From a virus: a DNA stretch of 64,000 bases. Under the pieces are notes generated by a model. The model saw only the letters and a list, made by a program, of their open reading frames with translations. It was not told the origin of the DNA and ran no database searches. This document shows positions 8,675-17,856 of the stretch, in pieces (position 1 is the stretch's first letter; the number at the start of each line of letters is the position of its first letter). Made by a program: the position numbers and the translations under genes. The DNA lies in IMG/VR virus record IMGVR_UViG_3300047325_000130, positions 39,637 through 103,636 of that record; one strand, written 5' to 3'.

Positions 8675-8707
8675 AAAGAAATAGTAGGGGTAACCCTACT
8701 ATTTCTT
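8675..8707 (-). terminator. Intrinsic terminator after nadV
   Basis: aaagaaatagtaggg-gtaa-ccctactatttcttt. Confidence 0.75.
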
Positions 8708-8716
8708 TCTTGACCG

Positions 8717-10102
8717 TTATACTTGATTAGATCTGGCTCTAACTTCTGCAAAGGTGTGGTCGACAAGCAATTCGCCGTTCTTCCAAACCGGCTGCAAGAT
8801 ATCTGCTGCACCGTTCATATCTTCGATCTTGACAGTCTCATACTTATCGTTTTTGCGGATTAATGCAAGACGACCCTTTTTGCTGGTCTTACCAGGATCA
8901 GTAATCGGGTTCTTAAAGATATCCCGCCATTCACCTTCAATACAAATTGCACTTGCCTTCTGAGCAAATCTTAGAGTATCTCGATTTACCATTTGGGTAA
9001 GTCCGCCGCCCATACCGAGAGCAAGGTTATCGGTAGAGTAGCCCGCATCGTTTAGGTTTTTTAAAATTACCGGAATGCTTTCTGCTGTAATACCATCACC
9101 TTGGATACAACGAACATGGTTAAGTACTTTGTAACCTTTCTTGTTTACAACAGATCCAAACTTGGCATCTAGTTTGGTAATAACCTCTGTCGGGACAGTA
9201 TTTGGATCGCCGGAGTCTGGACGTACAACAAGAAGTGCGCCGCTTTCAACAATCTCGGTCTTCAAACGCTCGCCCCAAATATAATCAATAGCATTCCAAA
9301 GGTCGTATGTATCAGACACACATGCTAGCAATGCACCAGGTTTTGCGAATTGATTTAGCATGTTTTTAAATGCATCAAATTCGCCGTTTCGGCCATAGCT
9401 ACTAATTGTGCTATGTTCGGAAGCTGGGATAGAAAATCCAGGCATCTCTCCGCCATAGAAGTTCATTGCGTACAACAAACCTTCAACAGTATCAGATCCC
9501 ATGAAGTTTACTAAATGTGCTGCACCACCGATTCCTGCAGACTCGCTACTGGAAACACCACGAGCACTAAAATCGTGAAGTTTGAAGGCAATCTGCCCTT
9601 CTGGATCATCACTGGTTAGCTGCAAACTTTTCATTATCGCTTGTTTGCAAGTCCAACTATTGGTTGCAACCGTAGTTGGAAACCATACTGCACGCAAAAT
9701 TGCAGTTTCCATAAAGCTCACTAACCAAGCAAATCCTGGTTCGGTATTAGTGATTTGTACTAATACATTATGACCCGGTATAATAGTACCTTCGGGTACT
9801 GCTGTAATAAGCAATGGTAGCTTACCGTTAAGACGTACTGCAATATCCATCCAGCCATCGTAGTCGAAAATACCCGGACCCATATGACTATCGACAATAA
9901 GTTTTGCTTCTTCAACGTCGGCGACCGTAATCGGTGCCATACCTTTTAAAAACATCTGCAGGCCAAAGAATACAGTGCGGTCCCATTTGCCGCCTCGACT
10001 TTCAATATAAGCGGATAGATATTCGGACTTGTTAGGGTACTGCTTGTGATGAGAATATTTGTAAGAATCTGTCTTCAGAATTGTGTTCTTTAAATTATAC
10101 AT
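8717..10102 (-). CDS. nadV: Nicotinamide phosphoribosyltransferase (NAMPT)
   Basis: TDSYKYSH, LHDFSARG, SIPASEHS, VSDTYD, RPDSGDP, QGDG, KTSKKGRL. Confidence 0.95.
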   Translation of the reverse strand: MYNLKNTILKTDSYKYSHHKQYPNKSEYLSAYIESRGGKWDRTVFFGLQMFLKGMAPITVADVEEAKLIVDSHMGPGIFDYDGWMDIAVRLNGKLPLLITAVPEGTIIPGHNVLVQITNTEPGFAWLVSFMETAILRAVWFPTTVATNSWTCKQAIMKSLQLTSDDPEGQIAFKLHDFSARGVSSSESAGIGGAAHLVNFMGSDTVEGLLYAMNFYGGEMPGFSIPASEHSTISSYGRNGEFDAFKNMLNQFAKPGALLACVSDTYDLWNAIDYIWGERLKTEIVESGALLVVRPDSGDPNTVPTEVITKLDAKFGSVVNKKGYKVLNHVRCIQGDGITAESIPVILKNLNDAGYSTDNLALGMGGGLTQMVNRDTLRFAQKASAICIEGEWRDIFKNPITDPGKTSKKGRLALIRKNDKYETVKIEDMNGAADILQPVWKNGELLVDHTFAEVRARSNQV

Positions 10103-10148
10103 TGCAAAAACTCCTTTTGCGGGTTTATCTTAAGGTCTATCCTTAAGA
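10103..10148 (-). promoter_or_regulatory. Two-hairpin translational leader of nadV
   Basis: UCUUAAGG-AUAGA-CCUUAAGA, spacer, GCAAAA-GGAGU-UUUUGC, then AAUG. Confidence 0.7.
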
Positions 10149-11240
10149 ATTTATAAAATATTTGATTATATCCATATGGTCTTCGAACATCATATCTCGA
10201 CGAACTTTATGGATAGGAAACCATTTGGCCTTTTCAGCATCATCGCCACCTTTTACGCGAACTAAGTTTACTTCGTTTGGCAGCTTGATATGAAATGCAT
10301 GAGTAATAGTTCTACCTCTGGCACTTCGATTTGGCGAATCAAACACGCATTGATTTACAATGCTTCCACGTAAAACTGGTTCGGGTAATTTAATTGCGGT
10401 TTCTTCTCGCAATTCACGCATTGCTGCATCAATAATCCATTCATCCTTATTGATAAATCCTCCGGGAAGGGCATAAAGTCCTCTGCCCGGAACAGCACGC
10501 CGCTTGATAAGTAGAATATGTCCAGACTGTTCTACCAAACAGTCAACAGTTACAAATGTTGGCGGATAAGGAGAATTAATCCACTGCCGATGATAATCGG
10601 TAATGTGTTCATACTCTTCTACAATATATTTGTATCCCTCAGTCTTCATAAACTTTGTGAGAAATTCCTTAACACCGGTTGGGATAAGTTTTTGGCAATC
10701 CTTATCACCTACATTATGTCCATCAGCGTCTTTTAACCAAAGGTCGCCAATATTGGAGAAATATGCCTGACGCATCGGCGTACTGCTGAGTCCGGTTGTA
10801 TCAGGGACTTCGATATTATCTCCCCATTGCGGGAAGAGTTTTAGGTAATAGCTAGTATGGTCTTTGCTATGTCCAATAAGAGAAATTTTTGGAAAATTAA
10901 TCTCATTTTCGCGTTGGTTGTAGATTTTATTGACCGTTTCGTCTACCACTCTTTGAACGGAAGTAATCCATCCGGTATCATCATATGCGGTATCCTCAAC
11001 TACTGCAAAATGCACACGATCAAGCTCATCACTACAAAGAGATGATTCAATCATCTTAATTCGTTCGATTGTGGAAAAAGGATTACGATGGCCTCGTGGC
11101 ATATTTGCCGAGCCGATGATAATCAATAAATTGTCTGCTTTTTCTAGTGCTCGATGTACAACGCCGAGATGACCTAAGTGAAAAATTTGAAATCTGCCCA
11201 TAAACACAGCCAGATCGATAATTTTAACTCGTTTGCTCAT
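10143..11240 (-). CDS. nadM: Bifunctional NMN adenylyltransferase / Nudix ADP-ribose pyrophosphatase (NadM-Nudix, NatV-like)
   Basis: GRFQIFHLGH, RNPFS, SST motif; Nudix box ALPGGF...AAMRELREET; RGRTITHA, GGDDA. Confidence 0.93.
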   Translation of the reverse strand: MSKRVKIIDLAVFMGRFQIFHLGHLGVVHRALEKADNLLIIIGSANMPRGHRNPFSTIERIKMIESSLCSDELDRVHFAVVEDTAYDDTGWITSVQRVVDETVNKIYNQRENEINFPKISLIGHSKDHTSYYLKLFPQWGDNIEVPDTTGLSSTPMRQAYFSNIGDLWLKDADGHNVGDKDCQKLIPTGVKEFLTKFMKTEGYKYIVEEYEHITDYHRQWINSPYPPTFVTVDCLVEQSGHILLIKRRAVPGRGLYALPGGFINKDEWIIDAAMRELREETAIKLPEPVLRGSIVNQCVFDSPNRSARGRTITHAFHIKLPNEVNLVRVKGGDDAEKAKWFPIHKVRRDMMFEDHMDIIKYFINS

Positions 11241-11299
11241 TGTAATAGTGCTCCACTATTGATGTCTAAGAAAGTCTATCTTTCTATGTTGTATTTATA
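11241..11299 (-). promoter_or_regulatory. Late promoter plus two-hairpin leader of nadM
   Basis: TATAAATA, then AGAAAG-AUAGA-CUUUCU, spacer, AAUAGU-GGAGC-ACUAUU, ACAAUG. Confidence 0.7.
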
Positions 11300-11364
11300 G
11301 TATCATGTAGCATTAAATGCAAATATAATAAAAAATTATTTTATCTGATTTGATCTGCCTCGGG

Positions 11365-11697
11365 CTATGTCAATGCGGGTTCGCGGGGAATTATGGTAAT
11401 ATCACTCCCCTTATAAGGGCCATCCAGAAGAACTGCCCTGTACCAGTTACACATACGGTCGTGAAATGTTAGAGGCATGACCCGCACCATGCATCCGTCG
11501 AGCGTGTCATATTCCGGCCCCAGCGCGAACTCTTTTCCAACATGATCTTCAGAAACGATGGGCTCTTCTGGCCACGGCAGGGTGTTGTCTAGCCGCCCGT
11601 ATTTGTCGATCATGATGTTATCTATGGCACACTTCAGGGACTGTATGATGTTCATTTGATCTATATAGCTACTAGTTAAGAAAATTCGTATGGGCAA
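11365..11697 (-). CDS. Hypothetical protein
   Basis: 110-aa ORF on the strand used by neighbouring genes. Confidence 0.45.
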   Translation of the reverse strand: MPIRIFLTSSYIDQMNIIQSLKCAIDNIMIDKYGRLDNTLPWPEEPIVSEDHVGKEFALGPEYDTLDGCMVRVMPLTFHDRMCNWYRAVLLDGPYKGSDITIIPREPALT

Positions 11698-11954
11698 AGA
11701 TCATATGCGCCTTTGCCCGGCGTCGCCTTATCATCGAAGCCTTCATGGCGTCGCCAGTTTTCGCCGCGACAAGTGATGACCATAAGCATTTCTTCCGGCC
11801 TCACCTCACGGTGGTATTCATCAAGGATTTTTGTGCAGGGTTGCGACCAGGAATACCCAATCCGAAAGCTCTTTGTGGCGGTTATCAACGTAGGGCAAAC
11901 GCCCATCCCGCGCTGCTTTTGCCAATATGTTCGCTTGTATCGCCGCGCCCGCAA
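11676..11954 (-). CDS. Hypothetical protein or fragment
   Basis: ORF on the operon strand; competing overlapping frames. Confidence 0.3.
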   Translation of the reverse strand: MRARRYKRTYWQKQRGMGVCPTLITATKSFRIGYSWSQPCTKILDEYHREVRPEEMLMVITCRGENWRRHEGFDDKATPGKGAYDLCPYEFS

Positions 11955-12023
11955 CAGTCGCAGACGTTTTCGTGTAGATAGTAATTCGTTCCCATTTTTG
12001 GCTCCGGGGGTTAAGTTGAGTGG

Positions 12024-12242
12024 TTAAGGCAGCAGCCATGAATCATCTGAACCGAGACCCATAGCAATATTTAATTCAGCTTGGATTGCTCGCTCAGCGA
12101 AACTTTCGTCATATTCTCTAGTTGTACGTTGAGGCTCTCCATTTCCACCGTGTTTGGCGTTGATGTGTTGCTTGCAGTCGTTAATTTGTTTGAAATATTT
12201 TCCGCAGCGGGGGCAGGTACAGGTTTTGTCTGTCTGGCTCAT
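12024..12242 (-). CDS. Small C2H2 zinc-finger protein
   Basis: CPRCGKYFKQINDCKQHINAKH; ATGA overlap with the upstream gene. Confidence 0.65.
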   Translation of the reverse strand: MSQTDKTCTCPRCGKYFKQINDCKQHINAKHGGNGEPQRTTREYDESFAERAIQAELNIAMGLGSDDSWLLP

Positions 12243-12487
12243 AGGTCGAGGTCTTCCAGGGTGAGGTTTGGGTGGATGGTGCGGCCAGTTTTGGTGAAGT
12301 GGGAGATTTGGTTAGGGGAATAGGTTGGGAAGCTGGGCGTCGCAGACGCATGGGCTGGAGGTGGTGGGGTGAGGAGTTTGCGGAGTGTGGCCTCCGCTGT
12401 GTCGCGTTTGAGGGAAAGTTCTCGGCCGGATGGGAGGGTTACTACCAGCTCGCCTTGGAGGCCGAGGGAAACGAGGAGGGCAGTCAT
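12239..12487 (-). CDS. Hypothetical protein
   Basis: AGGAG SD before ATG; stop overlaps the next start. Confidence 0.6.
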   Translation of the reverse strand: MTALLVSLGLQGELVVTLPSGRELSLKRDTAEATLRKLLTPPPPAHASATPSFPTYSPNQISHFTKTGRTIHPNLTLEDLDL

Positions 12488-12553
12488 TGGGGTTCTCCTG
12501 GTTGATGGTCAAGGAGGTTTTGGAGGAGGTTGGCGATATCGAGGGCGGTGACA

Positions 12554-12883
12554 TTATCTAAATAAAAAATAATTGTTTAATAGCCCATTGATATTGTCGG
12601 CACCTGCGTTATTAGCACTATGTACTTTAAATGAAAAATTATCAGGCATGCTGTTTGTATCAAGGTCAAGATTAACAAGGTACTTAGCAAAATCAAATCC
12701 GCTTGGAACATGACCATTTAAATCTTCGCCCAAATCATGATCAAACGAAACTTCAATTGGCCAACCGCGAACAGATATCAATGCCACTGCTTCGTTCATA
12801 GACCTGCATACTACCCAATTGATGTCATTTGGATATGTCCATTTTGGATCACGAATATCGTCAAGAAATAAACGGTAAGTCAT
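12554..12883 (-). CDS. Cyclic-phosphate-processing receiver-like (cREC) domain protein
   Basis: LFLDDIRDP, SFDHDLG, SGFDFAKYL, VHSAN; start at MTYRL after AGGAG. Confidence 0.7.
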   Translation of the reverse strand: MTYRLFLDDIRDPKWTYPNDINWVVCRSMNEAVALISVRGWPIEVSFDHDLGEDLNGHVPSGFDFAKYLVNLDLDTNSMPDNFSFKVHSANNAGADNINGLLNNYFLFR

Positions 12884-12884
12884 A

Positions 12885-13004
12885 TTATCTCCTTTTAGTT
12901 TTGCCTTGCAATACAACTTTTGCTACAGTAATTACTATAGACAACGTTGCTAATCCTGCTCCAATATATGCATAATTAAGAAGTTCTTGAATTGCCGCCG
13001 CCAT
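12885..13004 (-). CDS. 39-aa single-pass membrane peptide (not in the ORF track)
   Basis: AAAGGAG SD; MAAAIQELLNYAYIGAGLATLSIVITVAKVVLQGKTKRR. Confidence 0.55.
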   Translation of the reverse strand: MAAAIQELLNYAYIGAGLATLSIVITVAKVVLQGKTKRR

Positions 13005-13093
13005 TTAATTCTCCTTTAATTTTTTAACATGTTTTTGGTTCAATTGCAAACAAAATACGTCCTGTATTTTTATTATGTCTGCGACTTTATTTT

Positions 13094-13306
13094 TCACACT
13101 TCACCTACATCGTGCAGCAAACGATCTGAGGCTTGAATTTTGTTTTTAGTTACATTTGCGCGCATACGAGAAAGGTCATTGCCCAATGATTTGGCTTCGT
13201 CTAAATCTTCCGGCTTCAAACGTCCTCCGAGAGCTTTCAAAATAAGACGAAGCTCGGCAGTATCAACGTTAAGCGACCAAATCTCTTTCATACCAACTTC
13301 AGCCAT
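13094..13306 (-). CDS. Hypothetical protein
   Basis: Tightly packed after the upstream gene. Confidence 0.6.
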   Translation of the reverse strand: MAEVGMKEIWSLNVDTAELRLILKALGGRLKPEDLDEAKSLGNDLSRMRANVTKNKIQASDRLLHDVGEV

Positions 13307-13309
13307 TTC

Positions 13310-14446
13310 CTAAGCCTCCAAAAATTTGCAACGTGTAACCAGCGTGCTTTTTACACCGCGGAACTCATCGTGCTTCTTAACCGTACCTTTTAGCACTGCG
13401 GTTGTTCCATCCGCCGGCCCATTGGACGTAGTAGCAAACCAAGTCAAAACGTTTTGATTTTCATCCTCGAACTTCCAAAGAATGCTTCCGGTGTCGAGAG
13501 GTTTACGAAGAAGCACCGTTACTTGTACTTCGATTTTATCACCAATCTTACCAATAAAATCAGATACGTTAGTTTGCTTTGGTGCAGCATTTTTCTGGTT
13601 CATCATGTAAACGCCTACAATGCTTGCCGCAAGTCCAACTGACCGATTGGTAATAAATTCGGCATCAGCAATAACACTGATATTATGCTCATAATCGTTC
13701 TTATCTTGTTTATCTGCAATCTGCTGAGCCCATTCAATTGCAGAAGCTGCAACGGCTTGATCTTCGGGGAGAATCTCTAGTTTAACAAAATCCTCAAATC
13801 TAGAATAGTAAAAATCAATTGCCATATCTGAGGTTGAGCGCATTCCGGTTTCAGTAGCCTTTTTACGAGAAACCCAACCATATTTGCGGACAATTGCCGC
13901 GGTACATGCGGTGAATTTTTCCATATCGATTGTCGGAAAGTTTGGGGTAAAGGACTGTGCTGTATGTAGTTTAGAAACGTCCTCCTGCATTTGACTAATA
14001 ATTACAGCCAAGCGAGCCATTTTAGCAGGATCGTGTCCGGCACCAATAAAATCATTTAAACAAGTTTTGCCGACCTGTTTATAAGTGGTTTCGTTCCGCA
14101 ATACATATGTGTTACGGCGAAACCGATTTACATGGCAATGTTCGCATACCGGATCCTCAGTCCGGAAATTTTCCGGAACGGTTTCGCACGGCATGCACCT
14201 GACAATATTACCTGTATCATGTGTATGATCAATTGTTGCAACAAAGTCCCAACCATTAATTTTGAATGCAGGGGTATCGATGTAAATTTTAAAAAATTCG
14301 CCTTTTGCAGGGCTAATTATGCGTGCAGAAACAATATATTGGATGTGATCAAACCCAAGCTTAACAGACTTGCGGTCCACTTTAAGCATAAGAGTCTTGA
14401 ATTTCATCAGATTTGACGCTGGAATTTCAAACTCAAAACGGCTCAT
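13310..14446 (-). CDS. Early phage protein with a CxxC motif and possible C-terminal OB-like domain
   Basis: CEHCHVNRFRR, QVGKTCL, KGTVKKHDEFRGVKSTLVTRC; early promoter and SD. Confidence 0.7.
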   Translation of the reverse strand: MSRFEFEIPASNLMKFKTLMLKVDRKSVKLGFDHIQYIVSARIISPAKGEFFKIYIDTPAFKINGWDFVATIDHTHDTGNIVRCMPCETVPENFRTEDPVCEHCHVNRFRRNTYVLRNETTYKQVGKTCLNDFIGAGHDPAKMARLAVIISQMQEDVSKLHTAQSFTPNFPTIDMEKFTACTAAIVRKYGWVSRKKATETGMRSTSDMAIDFYYSRFEDFVKLEILPEDQAVAASAIEWAQQIADKQDKNDYEHNISVIADAEFITNRSVGLAASIVGVYMMNQKNAAPKQTNVSDFIGKIGDKIEVQVTVLLRKPLDTGSILWKFEDENQNVLTWFATTSNGPADGTTAVLKGTVKKHDEFRGVKSTLVTRCKFLEA

Positions 14447-14468
14447 TTTCTGCTCCTATATCGTCCGC

Positions 14469-14503
14469 GTATAATAGCATATTGCAGCCAAAAGTCAACC
14501 AAA
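14469..14503 (-). promoter_or_regulatory. Sigma70-type early promoter (TTTGGTTGAC...TGCTATTAT)
   Basis: Same motif at ~15218-15252(-), ~15298, ~15745, ~15830 and ~21155(+). Confidence 0.7.
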
Positions 14504-14522
14504 TTTTGAACTATTTTTAAGC

Positions 14523-14807
14523 CTACAACTGCTTTTTAGGTTCGTATGCTATTGCAAGCTTTCCGGATTTTGTGCGTTCTGTTCCATAACCAATGATTTC
14601 GCCGGTATTACCGCCGATGCGAATTATAACATTGGTATCGGCATGTGCAACGCTAATTACTTGCGTTTGTCCGGTAATATACGTTCTATTCCCGCTAGCA
14701 GTATCAAACTCACGAATTGCCATCGCAACTTTTTTGCCAAAAGTTGGATCTCTCTCGATCTCATCGAGGCGATCCAATAGAATAACTAAAGATGCATTAA
14801 AACCCAT
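14523..14807 (-). CDS. Hypothetical protein
   Basis: AGGAG SD; 94 aa. Confidence 0.6.
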   Translation of the reverse strand: MGFNASLVILLDRLDEIERDPTFGKKVAMAIREFDTASGNRTYITGQTQVISVAHADTNVIIRIGGNTGEIIGYGTERTKSGKLAIAYEPKKQL

Positions 14808-14868
14808 TGTAAAACTCCTATTTTATCGCACTTGCGAATTTGGACAATGTTTGAACTTTTTATTTAGG

Positions 14869-15213
14869 TTATGCTCCGGCCATTTCGCGTATATCGCTAT
14901 TCAAAGTAGGTTTCAGTTGCGAAATAAGCTGCCGCTCAATTTTATGTGCAGGAGCTTTACCTCTCACAGTATCAAGTACTACAAAAGTAAAAGCTTCTGG
15001 ACCATGCTCGCGTATAGCAACGCAAAGAGACCAATTCTTGTCTTCATTTATAGCGCGCCCAACATGTTTAGCAAAGCGTCTACGGACACTTGCATCAATG
15101 CCGCCGTCTTTATGCGTTATGCCAATATAAAAATCCCCGTTTGGTGCTTCAAGCTGATAGATAATGTGGGTTCTATCGGAGCGTTTTTTGCGGGGTTTAG
15201 CTTGCTTGTCCAT
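14869..15213 (-). CDS. GIY-YIG domain protein
   Basis: IIYQL...FYIGIT...R...E...LN; ATG 15213 lies 5 nt after a -10 box (apparently leaderless). Confidence 0.7.
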   Translation of the reverse strand: MDKQAKPRKKRSDRTHIIYQLEAPNGDFYIGITHKDGGIDASVRRRFAKHVGRAINEDKNWSLCVAIREHGPEAFTFVVLDTVRGKAPAHKIERQLISQLKPTLNSDIREMAGA

Positions 15214-15350
15214 TCCGTATAATAACATATTGCAGTCAAACGTCAACCAAAAAAACGTCCAATTTTCTCACAAAATTTCGATATTTTGAATGTTTTTTTG
15301 GTTGACAGGACGAAAATCCATGTTAAAATCCAAGCCTTGGAGAACTAAAA

Positions 15351-15737
15351 ATGCCATCTATTTTACGCGATGATCAGCTAATACAAAAGCTTAAAATTCA
15401 GTTAAGGGCACAAGATAGTTATATAGCGTTTAAAAGCGCACAGAGCACCGTACAAGTGCGCGAAGTGCTTTTATGGTATAGTGACTACGCTATTGTTGCA
15501 GGTACTGTAGCAGACGATTTTCCAAGTGTTGGACCTGCAAATCCGGACGGTGATTGCTTAATTTGTGTGCCGTTTATGGATATTTTGACGATTTTAACGT
15601 CTATCGAATACAGAAATTTAGTATTGATATATCTGTTGAAACAGCTGAAGAGATTTGCCAAGAGTTTTGGAAGAGCGAATTATTTTTTAATTTACCGCCT
15701 ATGCCTTGTGCTAAAGCAGTTCTTCCTCACCTTATAA
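15351..15737 (+). CDS. Hypothetical protein (possibly frameshifted into 15554-15787)
   Basis: Early promoter and GGAG SD; C-terminal part looks out of frame. Confidence 0.45.
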   Translation: MPSILRDDQLIQKLKIQLRAQDSYIAFKSAQSTVQVREVLLWYSDYAIVAGTVADDFPSVGPANPDGDCLICVPFMDILTILTSIEYRNLVLIYLLKQLKRFAKSFGRANYFLIYRLCLVLKQFFLTL

Positions 15738-15914
15738 TGCATTTTTTGGTTGACTGTGGACAAAATGGTGCTAGTGTCCGAGCGTAATTGAAATAAAAAC
15801 AAATAACAATTTAGCATTTTGGTTATTTTTTGGTTGACCAATATGTCCAAAACTGCTAAATTGGACTTGTAAGACGTGCTTAAAACTTTCAAAACTTTTA
15901 AAAAGGAAAATCAT

Positions 15915-16370
15915 ATGTCGACTGATAAAAAGCTTTTTACGATTGCTGGTACTTCCGTTCATGAAGGTAAGCTGAGTGTTCGTGTTGCAACCGGTAAGAT
16001 TTCTGTACGCGAAGGTGTGTTGCGCCGGAATGATCATACCGAAATTAAACTTTTTGAATTGCCGCAGCCGATGACGCGCGCGGATGCTGCTGCGTATATC
16101 GAAACGCTGAATGGTAACTTCCCTGCACCTGCTCCGAAGCCCGCAAAGGCGAAAAAGGAGAAGATTGCAAAGGAGAAGAAGGAGAAGCTCGCAAAGCCTG
16201 CGAAGATTGAAGCGAAGGCAGTTAAGGCCGAAGTTGTCGAAGCGCCGCCGGCGCCCCTTGCACTAACTCCGGAGCAGAAGATTGCGGCGAAGCGCGAGCG
16301 TGATGCTGCTCGTAAGCGTGAGCAGCGTGCAAAGGCTAAAGAAGCTAAGGCGGAGGCTATTGCTGCTTAA
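15915..16370 (+). CDS. Early protein with a small conserved domain and Lys/Ala-rich histone-H1-like tail
   Basis: AGGA SD; FTIAGTS..HTEIKLFELPQPMT; KAKKEK/KAEA-rich tail. Confidence 0.75.
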   Translation: MSTDKKLFTIAGTSVHEGKLSVRVATGKISVREGVLRRNDHTEIKLFELPQPMTRADAAAYIETLNGNFPAPAPKPAKAKKEKIAKEKKEKLAKPAKIEAKAVKAEVVEAPPAPLALTPEQKIAAKRERDAARKREQRAKAKEAKAEAIAA

Positions 16371-16397
16371 AATACGCAAACAAACCTAAGGTTTTTA

Positions 16398-16427
16398 GAA
16401 AATGCTCCGTAATTACGGAGCATTTTC
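16398..16427 (+). terminator. Intrinsic terminator
   Basis: Perfect palindrome gaaaatgctccgtaattacggagcattttc. Confidence 0.8.
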
Positions 16428-16959
16428 ATGAGTAACATAGATTTTACCATGCGTTAACATGTATCACCGTGAATTTAATGGGAGTGCGTAACAACCAAAA
16501 ATCACATAAATTTGGTAAAATCAATTATATTTTTTGATATTTTTTGGTAAGTTTTTAAAATTAAACACTATTTAAATAAAAACACAAAATCGTTATAAGC
16601 AAAACGAAAATAGATAGTTTGATTTACATTTAGTAAAATAGCAGTTGCTATCTATAAACTTTTAAAACACGCGAAATTTACATATATATTATTTTTCGCT
16701 AATACGAAAAAATTACTGTTTGTCAAACAGTTTGATGAAATATTACAAAATTTTAACTTGGAAAATTAATTAAGGCTGTTACTTAAAGAGTATGGCACAG
16801 GTGAACCAAATGTTGGTTAGAATTTTGCAATAGACTGTTAAAAAGACTTGATAGTTTAAGTAAAAGAAACTAATATTTGGTTACTAAATGCTTACAACGA
16901 TTGTGCATTATATGGTATAATGTACAAGTCAATAACAGACTATATACGGAGTAAGACTT

Positions 16960-17310
16960 ATGGAAAATACGGAAAATACGGAAAATGCTGAGCGCACCTT
17001 CAATGTGGTTGGGACCTCAATGCTCGAACGTCAACGTAAGCTACGGTTTGCGTCTGGTTCGGCAAGGACCCGTGCAAACATACTGAAGAGACACAATCAC
17101 CGCGAAGTTCAGCTAATTGAACTTCCGAAGCCGATGACCAAGGCTGAGGCAATTGCGTGGTTGCAGAATAAAGTTGGTATCAAGCCGGCAGCTGATGTAG
17201 CTGATATAGATTTGAAGCAGATAGCTACCGGACTAAAGGAAGTGATGAAGAGCTTGCCGCCGCAGCAAGCACCAAAACGAGGTCGCCCGGTAAAAGAGAC
17301 GACCGCGTAA
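16960..17310 (+). CDS. Paralog of 15915-16370
   Basis: FNVVGTS..HREVQLIELPKPMTKAEA; KRGRP AT-hook-like motif near the C-terminus. Confidence 0.75.
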   Translation: MENTENTENAERTFNVVGTSMLERQRKLRFASGSARTRANILKRHNHREVQLIELPKPMTKAEAIAWLQNKVGIKPAADVADIDLKQIATGLKEVMKSLPPQQAPKRGRPVKETTA

Positions 17311-17330
17311 CAGTAGTTACGTGACTTCCG

Positions 17331-17366
17331 TAAAAGGTAGGCGGCTTACTGGCCGCCTATTCTTTT
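17331..17366 (+). terminator. Intrinsic terminator
   Basis: taggcggc-ttactg-gccgccta followed by a T tract. Confidence 0.75.
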
Positions 17367-17464
17367 GCCTGAATTTTGAATACAACCATACCGTGTAAAA
17401 ATTTGAAATACAACCATAAATATATTTGACAACTATTACATGTTAGACTAACTTCTAGTTAAGT

Positions 17465-17785
17465 TTGTGTAATTGCAAAAAATTAACAGACCCAACGGTT
17501 ATAAAAATTGGGGTAGGTTGTATGATTCGAAAATTTTCAACTGCGGTTACTAGCATTCAATATAATGATGAAGACTTAACTAGAGTTTATATCGAGCTCT
17601 ATGATAGAGCATTTACTTTAGAAGGACCGAATGCCGTTGTTCTTTTAAAAGAATGCTTTGTTGCCGTAAACATGTTTGCACATGGCGGTAATGAAGAATT
17701 TGAATTTGAACATGATAACTTTCATAATTGGCTAGACGATACTATTTCGGCATTAGTAGATATGCCGGCGATTGTTATGCATTGA
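17465..17785 (+). CDS. Hypothetical protein
   Basis: ORF; true start probably ATG ~17522. Confidence 0.55.
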   Translation: MCNCKKLTDPTVIKIGVGCMIRKFSTAVTSIQYNDEDLTRVYIELYDRAFTLEGPNAVVLLKECFVAVNMFAHGGNEEFEFEHDNFHNWLDDTISALVDMPAIVMH

Positions 17786-17856
17786 ATCTATGAAAGTTAC
17801 TTCTAATCTTTTGAGGGCCAAATCATCAAAGCCTGACCTGCCATCGATTTACTTAT

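Larger units (their letters stand above)
11350..12553. other. GC-rich compositional island
   Basis: Visibly much higher G+C than the flanks; several short minus-strand ORFs. Confidence 0.6.

Noticed and set aside
16561-16575. CtrA box TTAA-N7-TTAA
   Set aside because: Single match in extremely AT-rich DNA, expected by chance.
16961-16990. ggaaaatac x3 microrepeat
   Set aside because: Simple in-frame slippage (ENT repeats), no evident further function.
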